DNA from: an uncultured Acidobacteriota bacterium
GTDB lineage: Bacteria; Acidobacteriota; Vicinamibacteria; Vicinamibacterales; UBA8438
Assembly (NCBI GenBank): GCA_913043225.1
Contig: CAJWLU010000024.1
Span: 1 to 53,502, forward strand
Length of the DNA: 53,502 nucleotides
Reading direction: 5' to 3'
Shown: piece by piece, positions 1 to 9,370 of the stretch
How positions within the stretch are numbered: the stretch's first letter is position 1
Layout: each line of letters begins with the position of its first letter
Made by a program: the position numbers and the translations under genes
Notes under the pieces: generated by a model
What the model was told of the DNA's origin: nothing
The model's input: only the letters and a program-made list of their open reading frames with translations
Database searches by the model: none

Positions 1-106
1 CGGTGTTGTCGTCGACCCGACCCGCTAATGCGCTCTGGGCCGAGGCCGCGGCCGGTATCAATACTAGGATGCCGAGCATGACGGCGAGCAACTTGCCGAA
101 CTTCAT
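1..106 (-). CDS. 5' end (runs off window) of a secreted protein, probably a TonB-dependent receptor with N-terminal carboxypeptidase-regulatory-like domain
   Basis: Hand translation: MKFGKLLAVMLGILVLIPAAASAQSALAGRVDDNT; signal peptide ending ASA-Q then G-x-V-x-D pattern; SD AAGGAGG at 114-120, 7 nt before ATG. Confidence 0.65.
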   Translation of the reverse strand, partial: MKFGKLLAVMLGILVLIPAAASAQSALAGRVDDNT

Positions 107-265
107 CCGCACACCTCCTTGACTACCGAAGCGAGAGTGTTCCTCTTGCGCCCTACTACAAAACGAGACACGTGCCCACAAACCTACCACACCACCTAAT
201 AGACCAATCCACTCCCTTCCTTAAGGAGCAGCCTGGCTAAACGCAGCCAACTCGAGAGCGGGCAA

Positions 266-296
266 ATTATATTCGAAACATTGGACACTCAGTCAA
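266..296 (-). promoter_or_regulatory. Candidate sigma70 promoter for the receptor gene
   Basis: TTGACT (296-291) and TATAAT (271-266) in an AT-rich patch; spacer is 19 nt, longer than usual. Confidence 0.45.
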
Positions 297-593
297 GAGG
301 CTCAATAATTTGGTTAAACTAATTTAGTTCGGGGCCAGCACCATAGCGCACTTTTCGCCCTGCCTGACCGTGAGTCAGCCTACCTCGGGACGGCACTGAG
401 AGAAGTCGCGCGACCTCTACTTATGCCTCGGGAGGTGGTTGTCGATGCGCAGGCCGACCCGTGCTCTGCCGACCGACAGCCCCTGGTCACCACCGAGCGA
501 GGAGGTTCGGGGTGTCGACAACAGCGGTGCAGCCGAGAACAACTCCGGAATCGATCCAGCAAAGCATCGGCATGGGAGTGCCTTGCCGCCTTG

Positions 594-629
594 TTCAGGC
601 ACTCGTCCTGGTACGAACGAGTGCCTGAA
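594..629. repeat. Perfect 13-bp inverted repeat
   Basis: TTCAGGCACTCGT (594-606) / ACGAGTGCCTGAA (617-629), 10-nt loop. Confidence 0.8.
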
Positions 630-881
630 GTAAACGAACGATATTGCAAACACGGCTTGCGGCAAGGCTCAACCGGGTGTAGGGTGTGGGTCTTAACTTC
701 GTCCGAAGACTTATGGTGATGCATGCCCGTTCTGGACCCGCATCTAGTCGCGCATCATCACCATCTCGAGTCGTGGGGATGGAACGGCGTTCTCGGGCGG
801 GCCCGTCAACCATGCGGGGAGGCAGAATGAACCACACTCTCCAACGACCAATTGGGTGTTTGGAACATTCTTCAAACTCGA

Positions 882-910
882 TTGACAGTCCCCACAATGG
901 CTGATACGCT
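882..910 (+). promoter_or_regulatory. Sigma70 promoter of the beta-barrel gene
   Basis: TTGACA (882-887), 17-nt spacer, extended TGn then TACGCT (905-910). Confidence 0.7.
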
Positions 911-964
911 CGTGCGGTTTTCGAAGACCTGTCCGGTCGCGGACCACCTTAGGAGGTTGTGAGC

Positions 965-1702
965 ATGCGAACTCGGTATGTTGTTCTTGGTCTCATTCTC
1001 GCCCTGCCGCTCAGTCTGGCTCAGCCGGTAGCGGCGCAGGAACTTCACTCCGGGGAGTGGGCGATCGGTTACTCGTTCCTCGGCAACAACGATATCGCCA
1101 AGGAGTCGAGCACTTTGCCGCTTGGTTGGTATGGCGCTGGCGCCTACCGCCTGAGCGACAGCGTTGAGTGGGCCTTCGACCTGAGCGGTAACTACGCAGC
1201 AGGGATCGATGTCTGTGGCGGTATCGCCAATCGAAGCGTACCGGCCGCGCAGCAGCCTGCCAACTGTCTTGAGGGGGTCGTAGCGGCGACCACTGAGGAG
1301 TTCCAGGGGCTGTCGTACCACCGCGCCGAGGCGCAGTGGTGTTCGCCGACCCTGAGCTCCTGTGACGTCAAGACCGTCTCCATTGGCGGTGTGACTGGCC
1401 CTCGCTTCGGCGTGCGCAACGGTAGCGTGCGGCCGTTCGTCCACATCATGGCGGGTGCCGTCCGCTCCGTGCGGAAGATCGCGTTCTTCTCGCACACTTC
1501 GACCAACTTGGCCATTCAGCCTGGTGGCGGCGTCGACATCGACGCCGGAGACAACATCGCCTGGCGGTTCCAGGTTGACTACCGCATGATCATGCACGGT
1601 GACCCCAGCGGCTCGAGCGCAGGGCTCGTGGTTGCCAACGGCAGCGACTGGAACGAGTTCCGGTTCGCCACCGGCGTCGTCTTCAAGCTCGGCTCTCGGT
1701 AA
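965..1702 (+). CDS. Outer-membrane beta-barrel protein (OmpA/OmpW-like small barrel) with 4-Cys loop insertion
   Basis: Signal peptide ..VAAQE; amphipathic strands GPRFG, VRPFVHIMAG, PGGGVDI, WRFQVDYR, FRFATGVVFKL; SD AGGAGG 951-956. Confidence 0.75.
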   Translation: MRTRYVVLGLILALPLSLAQPVAAQELHSGEWAIGYSFLGNNDIAKESSTLPLGWYGAGAYRLSDSVEWAFDLSGNYAAGIDVCGGIANRSVPAAQQPANCLEGVVAATTEEFQGLSYHRAEAQWCSPTLSSCDVKTVSIGGVTGPRFGVRNGSVRPFVHIMAGAVRSVRKIAFFSHTSTNLAIQPGGGVDIDAGDNIAWRFQVDYRMIMHGDPSGSSAGLVVANGSDWNEFRFATGVVFKLGSR

Positions 1703-1730
1703 GGTCCCGCTCAGGGACCGGACAGCCTTC

Positions 1731-1777
1731 AAATCCCCGTAACGGTGATTAAGAGTCACCGTTACGGGGATTTTTTT
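1731..1777 (+). terminator. Rho-independent terminator
   Basis: AAATCCCCGTAACGGTGA / TCACCGTTACGGGGATTT perfect stem running into a T7 tract, between convergent genes. Confidence 0.9.
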
Positions 1778-1856
1778 GTGCGCAGTCCAGGTCACGCCAC
1801 CGGCGTGACTGACGGTCCATACCCAAAGCGGTTTCGTGGGGGCTGAAAGACCCCCG

Positions 1857-3746
1857 CTACTGCGGCGCGGGAACGCCGAGGCGGCTGAGCTGGCCTAGGT
1901 AGTGGGCGTAGCGCTCAGGGTCGCGGTCCTGATAGTAGCGAGCCAGAATCTCGTAGGGTAACGCGTAGTCCGGATCGACTTCTATCGCTCGTTCCCATTC
2001 CCGAACGGCGTCATCCAGCCGGCCAAGTCGAGACCAGAGGATGCCGAGGTTATAGTGGCTCTCGGCGTACCACGGGTTACGGCGAATCTCCTCCTCGAAG
2101 TAGCCGCGCGCCAGATCAAACTGCTCCAGTTGGTAGTGAACGAGCCCGAGGTTACTGCGCACCATCGGCTCCTCACGATCGAGACTAAGCGCGCGCTCAT
2201 ACTGCTCGCGGGCGTTCTCGTATTGCCCGTCCAGAAAGTAGATCGAGGCCAGGTTGTTCGCGGCAAACGCCGAAGCGGGTGACTGCTCCACCGCCGACTC
2301 CCACAACGTCCATCGATCCGAGAACTGCTGGGATCGATTGAACGCCGCGAACGCGAACACTACCACGACCGCCGACAATACAGCCCGGCCCATCATGACT
2401 GTATGCGCGCGCGTCACCTGTAAGGCATGTAGCAGGAAGAACAACAGACCGACGAGCGGTGCGTAGAGCCGCTCCTCAAGGTAGAAGCTGTGACCCGAGA
2501 GGAGCGTGGGGAAGACCATCAGCACGAACCACAACAGCCCCACCCAGAGCAGACGTCGATCCTCGACCCGTACAACGACTGCCGCCACCAGTGCCAGAAC
2601 CACCACTCCCGGCCACCAGGGCGCATTGAGATCCGCTACCGTGCGAAGCGCGACCGGGAACACCGTCTTCCCGAAGTAGTGCAGCATCACCAGGCCGGCC
2701 ACACCAAGGTTGTCGAGCAATCGAGGTACGACCGGCGCCGGATTGTCGAATGCGAGCCAGCGCAGCAAAAACCAGGCAGCAGCCGTCACTCCCCACCCCA
2801 ACGCTAGAGGCATAAACCGCTCTCGGAGCCTCTCCCAGAAGTCCGGCTCGCGCGCCCAGACCAGCGCAAGAAAGAGCGGCGGCAACACAAAGGCAGGTTC
2901 CTTGATAAGGATCGCCGCGAAGAACGTCGTCGCCTGTACCAACCAACGCTTCCGTGTTGGTTGGCGCCAGTAGGACACCCAAGCAAGCGTCGCAACGATG
3001 ACCGAAAGCCCGAGCAGGCTGTCATTTCGGCCCGGGATCCAGGAGACCCCCTGTACATGAACCGGATGCACGACGAACAGGACCGCTCCCCAGAGACTCA
3101 ACGTCTGCCCAAATCGAAGCTGTCGAAACAGGACGAGCAGGAGAACCGCCGAGAGCAGATGGACCACCACGCTCGTGAAATGGAAACCAAATAGATCGGT
3201 GCCGGTGAACTGAAAATCGAGCATGTAGGTCAACATGTAGAGTGGGCGGTAGTAGGTGTCCTCAGTGAACCGCCACATGTCGTCCATGAAGAGCGCACCG
3301 ACGTTGCGCAGATCCGCAAAGAAGTACTGATTGCTGAAAATCAGTTCCTGGTCGTCGAAATAGGTGTAGTCAAAGAAGAGCGAATTGCCGTACACGACGA
3401 CGCCACAGAGACACACCACCAGGGATGCCGCAAGCAAGCTCAATGGTCCGCGACCGGCAACCGCGTCTGGGAGAATCGTGGACTGTACACTCCGCGCCCC
3501 CGCACCACCGGTCTGCTCATACATGCGCGAGTTCGCGCCCAGTTCGTCATACTTCCGTCGCTTGTCGCGGTCGCCGAGCACCTCGTGCGCCTCGTTAACC
3601 TCCTTGAGCCGGCGTTCCGCGCCGGCATCACCGGGATTCACGTCCGGATGGCATTTGCGCGCCAGGGTACGGAAGGCTCGCTTGATCTCGTCCTGCGAGG
3701 CTGACTTCGATACCCCAAGCGTCTCGTAGTGGTCGCGAAAGTCCAT
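1857..3746 (-). CDS. J-domain fused to TMTC-like GT-C glycosyltransferase with C-terminal TPRs
   Basis: aa 1-75 J-domain with HPD; multi-TM region with TMTC-type motifs [31 protein letters not shown]; about 4 TPRs. Confidence 0.75.
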   Translation of the reverse strand: MDFRDHYETLGVSKSASQDEIKRAFRTLARKCHPDVNPGDAGAERRLKEVNEAHEVLGDRDKRRKYDELGANSRMYEQTGGAGARSVQSTILPDAVAGRGPLSLLAASLVVCLCGVVVYGNSLFFDYTYFDDQELIFSNQYFFADLRNVGALFMDDMWRFTEDTYYRPLYMLTYMLDFQFTGTDLFGFHFTSVVVHLLSAVLLLVLFRQLRFGQTLSLWGAVLFVVHPVHVQGVSWIPGRNDSLLGLSVIVATLAWVSYWRQPTRKRWLVQATTFFAAILIKEPAFVLPPLFLALVWAREPDFWERLRERFMPLALGWGVTAAAWFLLRWLAFDNPAPVVPRLLDNLGVAGLVMLHYFGKTVFPVALRTVADLNAPWWPGVVVLALVAAVVVRVEDRRLLWVGLLWFVLMVFPTLLSGHSFYLEERLYAPLVGLLFFLLHALQVTRAHTVMMGRAVLSAVVVVFAFAAFNRSQQFSDRWTLWESAVEQSPASAFAANNLASIYFLDGQYENAREQYERALSLDREEPMVRSNLGLVHYQLEQFDLARGYFEEEIRRNPWYAESHYNLGILWSRLGRLDDAVREWERAIEVDPDYALPYEILARYYQDRDPERYAHYLGQLSRLGVPAPQ

Positions 3747-3900
3747 GACGGTCTAGAGTCGCTGTGCGGACATGGCGGATAGTTGAAGGGTGACAGCTAA
3801 ACAGCGACGTCTCCGAATCTTCGCCCGTCGGCCTCGAGTGAGGCAAGTAGGTCCGAGTGTCGCTGGACTGACAGCCCGCTGTTGGCGCACCATTACCGGA

Positions 3901-5595
3901 GTGGGCACGAACAACCTTATCGTTGCGGCAGCCCTCCTGCTGGCTCTCAGTCTCGGCTGTGCAGAAGACAGCTCCCAGGAGGGACCCCGTCAGACCACAA
4001 CGACCCCGACGGACGACGAACTCAGGCGGGTACCGCTACCGGAGGTCGGCGGCCTCGACCCCGAGATTCAGCTTGAGATCCGCCAATCGCATCGCGGGTT
4101 GGAAACGTCGATGGATGCCGGCACCTCAGTGCACGAGGAGCACGGCCGGCTGGGAATGCAGCTCGACGCCTTTGGCCTGCGCGACGCAGCTGAGATCGCC
4201 TACCGTAACGCGCGACAACTGGCTCCAGACGACTTTCGCTGGGCCTACTACCTAGCCCTCCTTTACGAGGCACAATCTCGACCTGAAGAGGCAATAGACG
4301 CGTTTCTGGTCGCGCTAGCGCTACGCCCCGATTACGTCGCTGGACTCGCCCGGCTCGGCGACGTCTATCTCCTGCAGGGGCGCAGCAACGAAGCGAGGCA
4401 GCGATTCGATCGGGGCCTTGAGCTCGACGCAACATGCGCGCAGTGTCTTGTCGGCCTGGGTCGACTGTCGCTCCAAGATCAGGAATACGAACGAGCCGCC
4501 ACCCAGCTCGAACAGGCACTCACCATTGCGCCGTGGGCCGCGACCATCCGGTATCCGCTAGCGCAGGCCTACCGGGCACTTGGACGCGACGGCGAAGCTC
4601 AGGGTCAACTCGACGAACGAGCCGATGCGACCCGTAACATCGGTCTGGGGAGAGTCATCGACCGCCCCGGGGTGTACGACCCGCTGCTCGAGCAGCTCCG
4701 TGCAGTCGCGGTGGCCGGGAAGGTCGCCTACGAGGCGCGAGGGGTCATGGCCGCCCGCGAGGGCCGATGGAACGAAGCGCTCGAACAGTTTGACAAGATG
4801 ATCGAAGCCGACCCCGAGGATCCGGTCTCCCGAAATCTCCTGGCCATAACGTTGCTGAACATGGGCAATCGGGAAGAAGCGCGTGAGCAATACCAAGAGA
4901 CGCTCCGACTCGACCCGGCCCACGCCGGTGCGAACATCCAGCTGGGGATCTTCCTCGCCGAAGACGGACAGGAGCGTGACGCCATCAGCCGGTTCCGGCA
5001 GGCCGTGGAGTCGGATCCAGGCTCGAACGTCGCCCACCTAAACCTCGCGGCTGCGCTGCTACGCGACGGTCAACCCTCGGAAGCGGCGGCGGCGTACAAC
5101 GCGCTCATCGCGCTCGATCCGAGCAACGGTCCGGCCAGGCTTGGACGCGCGTTTGCACTGATCAGAGCCGGACGGCACCCGGAGGCGAAAGCCGCCCTCG
5201 AGGACGACACTCGCGCGCAACCCAACGAAATCGCCTTCCCCCACACGCTGGCGCGTCTGCTCGCCGCCTCTCCTGACGACTCAGTACGCAACGGTCGGCG
5301 CGCGTTCGAGATCCTGGCTGAGATTACTGCGGTTGTGCAGTCACCCCAGGTCATGGAGACTACGGCCATGGCGGCGGCCGAAGTGGGTCTGTTCGAAGAT
5401 GCCGCACGCTACCAGGGGATGGCGATCGAGATGGCAAATCAGGCCGGACTAGCGGCGTTGGCGGCGCAACTCAACGTGGGCCTGTCCCGCTACCGGCAAC
5501 GTCAGCCTTCGAGACAGCCGTTCGCCGACCACGACCCGGTGTTTGCCCCCGCCCCCTTCAGCCCGCAAGCCCTCGTCGAAGCACGAGCTCAGTAG
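3901..5595 (+). CDS. TPR-repeat lipoprotein
   Basis: In-frame GTG at 3901 gives signal peptide with lipobox LSLG-C; two blocks of tandem TPRs; ORF track start 3790 is probably too early. Confidence 0.75.
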   Translation: MGTNNLIVAAALLLALSLGCAEDSSQEGPRQTTTTPTDDELRRVPLPEVGGLDPEIQLEIRQSHRGLETSMDAGTSVHEEHGRLGMQLDAFGLRDAAEIAYRNARQLAPDDFRWAYYLALLYEAQSRPEEAIDAFLVALALRPDYVAGLARLGDVYLLQGRSNEARQRFDRGLELDATCAQCLVGLGRLSLQDQEYERAATQLEQALTIAPWAATIRYPLAQAYRALGRDGEAQGQLDERADATRNIGLGRVIDRPGVYDPLLEQLRAVAVAGKVAYEARGVMAAREGRWNEALEQFDKMIEADPEDPVSRNLLAITLLNMGNREEAREQYQETLRLDPAHAGANIQLGIFLAEDGQERDAISRFRQAVESDPGSNVAHLNLAAALLRDGQPSEAAAAYNALIALDPSNGPARLGRAFALIRAGRHPEAKAALEDDTRAQPNEIAFPHTLARLLAASPDDSVRNGRRAFEILAEITAVVQSPQVMETTAMAAAEVGLFEDAARYQGMAIEMANQAGLAALAAQLNVGLSRYRQRQPSRQPFADHDPVFAPAPFSPQALVEARAQ

Positions 5596-5618
5596 GGCGA
5601 CATCGAGGATTCATCGTC

Positions 5619-7382
5619 GTGGATCTGTCGCTGCTACGGTCGAGTGTGACACTAGCGTTGCCCGTCTGCCTGATCGCGTGCGGGGGCGGCACGTCGGCGC
5701 CCGCAGCCACGACCGCCCCCGAAACCGAAGCGGCTCTCGATCAAACCCGGGTGACCTTCGAGGACGCCACCGAGGGAGCGGGACTCGACTTCACCCATGT
5801 CAACGGCATGTCTGGTGAGATGTATTTCAACGAAATGGTGGGCGCGGGCGTCGCGCTCTTCGACTATGACAACGACGGCGATCTCGACGTGTATCTCGTG
5901 CAGGGGCACATACTCGGACCGGATGTCGAACAGGGGGACGCGTCGTTCGAGCCAGGTTTGCAGGGCCCACTGAGAGATCGGTTGTATCGGAACGACACCG
6001 AAACGGCTCCCAGAGGCTCCATGCAGTTGACCGACGTCACCGAGACAAGCGGCATCGATGCCCGAGGGTATGGGATGGGTGTCGCGGCCGGCGACTACGA
6101 CAACGACGGGTGGGTCGACCTCTATGTACTCAACTACGGCCCGAACCAGTTGTGGCGAAACAATGGCGACGGCACGTTCGCCGACGTCACGGCAAGAGCT
6201 GGCGCAGATGATGCCAGATGGAGCGTCAGCGGGTCGTTCCTCGACTACGACCGGGATGGCTGGCTGGACCTCTATATTGGCAACTACGTGAACTACAGCG
6301 TGGCCAACAACGTCGAGTGCTTCAACAATATCCGCACTTACTGTGGTCCCGATGGTTTCGTGCCAGTGCCGGATCGCCTCTTTCGTAATCGAGGTGACGG
6401 TACATTCGAGGACACTACCGCTGCCTCTCAGATCGGGCGAGAGTACGGTCCGGCCCTCGGAGTGTCCACCGCGGATCTCGATGGCAACGGCTGGATCGAC
6501 ATCTACGTGGCCAACGACCTGTCGGAGAATCGGTCGTGGATGAACCAGGGAGACGGCACCTTCGTGAACACTGCCCAATTCAACGGCTCGGCCTACAACG
6601 ACGTCGGCGACGCCGAGGCCAGTATGGGGGTCGATGCGGGAGACTTCGATGGGGACGGAGATGACGACCTCTTCGTGTCACACCTGATCACCCAGACCAA
6701 CACCCTCTATGTGAACGACGGAAACGGTCTATTTGAGGATCGAAGCACGCGAACCGGGCTCGGCCCGCCTAGCTTGGCGTTCACCGGGTTTGGTACGGCG
6801 TGGTTCGACTACGACAATGACGGCTGGCTAGACATCTTCGTGGCCAACGGCGCCGTGGACCTGATTCCCCGCCTCGTCCAGGCTGGCGATCCGTACCCGC
6901 TGCATCAGACGAACCAGCTGTTCAGGAACCTCGGCGATGGTCGCTTCACCGAGGTCTCATCGAGCAGCGGTTCGGTATTCGGACTCTCGGAAGTTAGTCG
7001 AGGCTCGGCCTTCGGCGATATCGACAACGATGGTGACGTCGACATCGTGCTGACCAACAACAACGGTCCAGCGCGCCTGCTCCTCAACGCTGTCGGCAAC
7101 CAGCAGCATTGGGTAGGTCTGCGTCTCGTCGACCCGGCTACAAACCGCGACATGCTGGGCACACGCGTAGCAGTGATTCCGGTGGGCGGAACGCCGCGCT
7201 GGCGACGAGTGCGGTCGGACGGCAGCTATGCGTCGGCCAATGACCCGCGCGTCCTCTTTGGACTCGGAACCAACTCCGAGATCGAAGGCGTCCAGGCGAT
7301 CTGGCCTGACGGCACGCTCGAGACCTGGACGTCGGTGCAGACCGACCAGTGGATCACGCTGAGCCGGGGGACGGGACAGTGA
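5619..7382 (+). CDS. CRTAC1 / ASPIC-UnbV family FG-GAP repeat lipoprotein
   Basis: Lipobox LIA-C; repeated D-x-D-N-D-G-x-x-D-(L/I) motifs; C-terminal GSYASAND..LFGLG..WPDG ASPIC/UnbV signature. Confidence 0.9.
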   Translation: MDLSLLRSSVTLALPVCLIACGGGTSAPAATTAPETEAALDQTRVTFEDATEGAGLDFTHVNGMSGEMYFNEMVGAGVALFDYDNDGDLDVYLVQGHILGPDVEQGDASFEPGLQGPLRDRLYRNDTETAPRGSMQLTDVTETSGIDARGYGMGVAAGDYDNDGWVDLYVLNYGPNQLWRNNGDGTFADVTARAGADDARWSVSGSFLDYDRDGWLDLYIGNYVNYSVANNVECFNNIRTYCGPDGFVPVPDRLFRNRGDGTFEDTTAASQIGREYGPALGVSTADLDGNGWIDIYVANDLSENRSWMNQGDGTFVNTAQFNGSAYNDVGDAEASMGVDAGDFDGDGDDDLFVSHLITQTNTLYVNDGNGLFEDRSTRTGLGPPSLAFTGFGTAWFDYDNDGWLDIFVANGAVDLIPRLVQAGDPYPLHQTNQLFRNLGDGRFTEVSSSSGSVFGLSEVSRGSAFGDIDNDGDVDIVLTNNNGPARLLLNAVGNQQHWVGLRLVDPATNRDMLGTRVAVIPVGGTPRWRRVRSDGSYASANDPRVLFGLGTNSEIEGVQAIWPDGTLETWTSVQTDQWITLSRGTGQ

Positions 7383-9238
7383 CTGTGACCGCCCTGACGA
7401 CCCAACTCGGTGGCCCGGCGCGTCTCCCCCTATACCCAACGCTGCTCCTCCTGGCGATGAGCTTCGCGCCTCGGGTGCAGGAGAGCCAGCCGCTCGTCTT
7501 GGCCTTCTGGGGCTCATGCGCGGTGCTTCTCGCCTGGCAATGGTGGCTGAGCAGAACCATCGCGCGAGAAGGTCGGACGCTCACTATCGAGGGCAGCCTC
7601 CGCAAGAACCACTATCTGCAGTTGGTGGCCCATCTGGGCGTCTATTTCTACTGGAGCTGGTACTGGCCGGAGGTCGGGAACCACGCGTGGCTGATCGCCG
7701 CGCAGGTGGTCTTCGCCTATGCGTTCGACATGCTCCTAGGCTGGTCGAGGCGCAACCTCTGGCGCTTGAGCTTTGGTCCCTTCCCGATCATCTTCAGCAC
7801 CAACCTGTTTCTGTGGTTCCGTGACGACTGGTTCTTCCTGCAGTTCGTCATGGTGGCGCTGGGATTCGTCGGCAAGGAGCTCTTTACCTGGATGCGCAAC
7901 GGGCGCAGGACACACATCTTCAATCCTTCCGGGTTCTCGTTGTCAGTGTTTTCGGTCGTCCTGATCCTGGCGGGACGAACCGACCTGACGTGGGGGCAGG
8001 AAATCGCGCTGACTCTCCGGTATCCGGAGCACATGTACCTCGTGATCTTCCTGCTGGGCCTGATGGTCCAGTACTACTTCGCAGTCACGCTGATGACCCT
8101 CTCGGCCGCGGCAACACTCTTCCTGCTCGGCCTGGTGTACTCGGCGTTCACTGGGGTCTACTTCTTCGTTGACACCACCGTCCCGATCGCCGTGTTTTTG
8201 GGTCTCCATCTACTGGTAACCGACCCCTCCACGTCACCGCGGGGGAGCCTCGGACGAGTGATCTTCGGGTCGCTCTACGGCATCAGCGTGTGGGTGCTCT
8301 ACGCCGCCTTCCTCCCGCTCGGGATTCCCGCGTTTTACGACAAGCTGCTCTGCGTACCACTCCTCAACCTCAGCGTCCGCATCATCGACCGATTCGTCGG
8401 GCGCCTCGAGGGCGAGATGCTCGGCCTCGAGCGCTTCTGGCCGACCATCTCTCCGCGCCAGCTCAACTACACGTCGATGGCAGTCTGGACATTGCTCTTC
8501 GTCGGCCTGCTGAGTACCGACGCGATCGGAAACCGACACCCGGGCACCAACCTAGCCTTCTGGGAGTCAGCCTGCGACGAAGGTCTGCGGAACGGGTGCC
8601 GCAACCTCATGGTTCGTCAGTCGAACAACTGCGCGGCTGGCATCGCGCGCTCATGCAACGAGCTCGGGATCATGCTCGCTACAGGCAGGGTGGACGCCCC
8701 CAATGCGACCGAGGCGGCCGCGGCGTTCGACCAGGCGTGTGAACTCGGCCTCGGTATCGGCTGCAACAACGCGGCGGTGCTGTCCGGCGGTGGACAGCAG
8801 TTCACCCGCACGTCGACCACCCTGGCGTCGGCCCTGGCGCGCGGCGACCCTGCTCCCCTCCGCGAGGCCTGTGACAACGACGATGGCGAGGGCTGCTTCC
8901 TTCTGGCAGCCGCGTACCAGGCGGGGCGCGGTGTCGAGCTGGACGTGGCCACTGCGCGTGAACTGCACTCGCGCTCGTGCGACCTGGGATGGGCGCTCTC
9001 GTGTGGCGAACTCGCTGGGCTCTATCTGCGCGGTGAGGGCGGAGCACCGGACCCGGCCCGGGCGGCCGGGAGCTTCAACCTCGGATGCGCCAGCGGGGAC
9101 GCCATGAGCTGCCTCCGACTCGGGCTGCTTCTGCAGAGCGATCAGATCCAGACTCCCGACCCAGAGCGGGCCCGCTCACTGATCCAGCTAGCCTGCGAGA
9201 TGGGACTGAGCCAGGCCTGCGACTTCCTCGAGCCTTAG
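7379..9238 (+). CDS. UnbU / RnfD-NqrB-like polytopic membrane protein with C-terminal Cys-paired Sel1-like repeats
   Basis: GTGA overlap with upstream stop; motifs HIFNPS and TDPSTSP; many TM helices; seven C-x7-C repeats in the C-terminal domain. Confidence 0.7.
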   Translation: MTVTALTTQLGGPARLPLYPTLLLLAMSFAPRVQESQPLVLAFWGSCAVLLAWQWWLSRTIAREGRTLTIEGSLRKNHYLQLVAHLGVYFYWSWYWPEVGNHAWLIAAQVVFAYAFDMLLGWSRRNLWRLSFGPFPIIFSTNLFLWFRDDWFFLQFVMVALGFVGKELFTWMRNGRRTHIFNPSGFSLSVFSVVLILAGRTDLTWGQEIALTLRYPEHMYLVIFLLGLMVQYYFAVTLMTLSAAATLFLLGLVYSAFTGVYFFVDTTVPIAVFLGLHLLVTDPSTSPRGSLGRVIFGSLYGISVWVLYAAFLPLGIPAFYDKLLCVPLLNLSVRIIDRFVGRLEGEMLGLERFWPTISPRQLNYTSMAVWTLLFVGLLSTDAIGNRHPGTNLAFWESACDEGLRNGCRNLMVRQSNNCAAGIARSCNELGIMLATGRVDAPNATEAAAAFDQACELGLGIGCNNAAVLSGGGQQFTRTSTTLASALARGDPAPLREACDNDDGEGCFLLAAAYQAGRGVELDVATARELHSRSCDLGWALSCGELAGLYLRGEGGAPDPARAAGSFNLGCASGDAMSCLRLGLLLQSDQIQTPDPERARSLIQLACEMGLSQACDFLEP

Positions 9239-9370
9239 GAGGCTGCTAGAGAAGGTCTGAGGGCGGCTCCTCAATTAGGCGTTCGTGTGGCGAAGCGTGA
9301 GGCGTGAACAGCCAGGCGAACAGTGACCGACGACGCAACACCGTCCACACTGGCGACTCGCCGAAAAACC

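Noticed and set aside
107..260. Cobalamin or TPP riboswitch in the receptor leader
   Set aside because: Only small hairpins; no B12 box or TPP CUGAGA core recognised
380..947. Short overlapping ORFs in the first intergenic region
   Set aside because: No recognisable motifs, Arg/Ser/Cys-rich composition and no good SD; probably spurious
5619..9238. Enediyne biosynthetic cluster
   Set aside because: No PKSE, thioesterase or UnbL-like gene in the window
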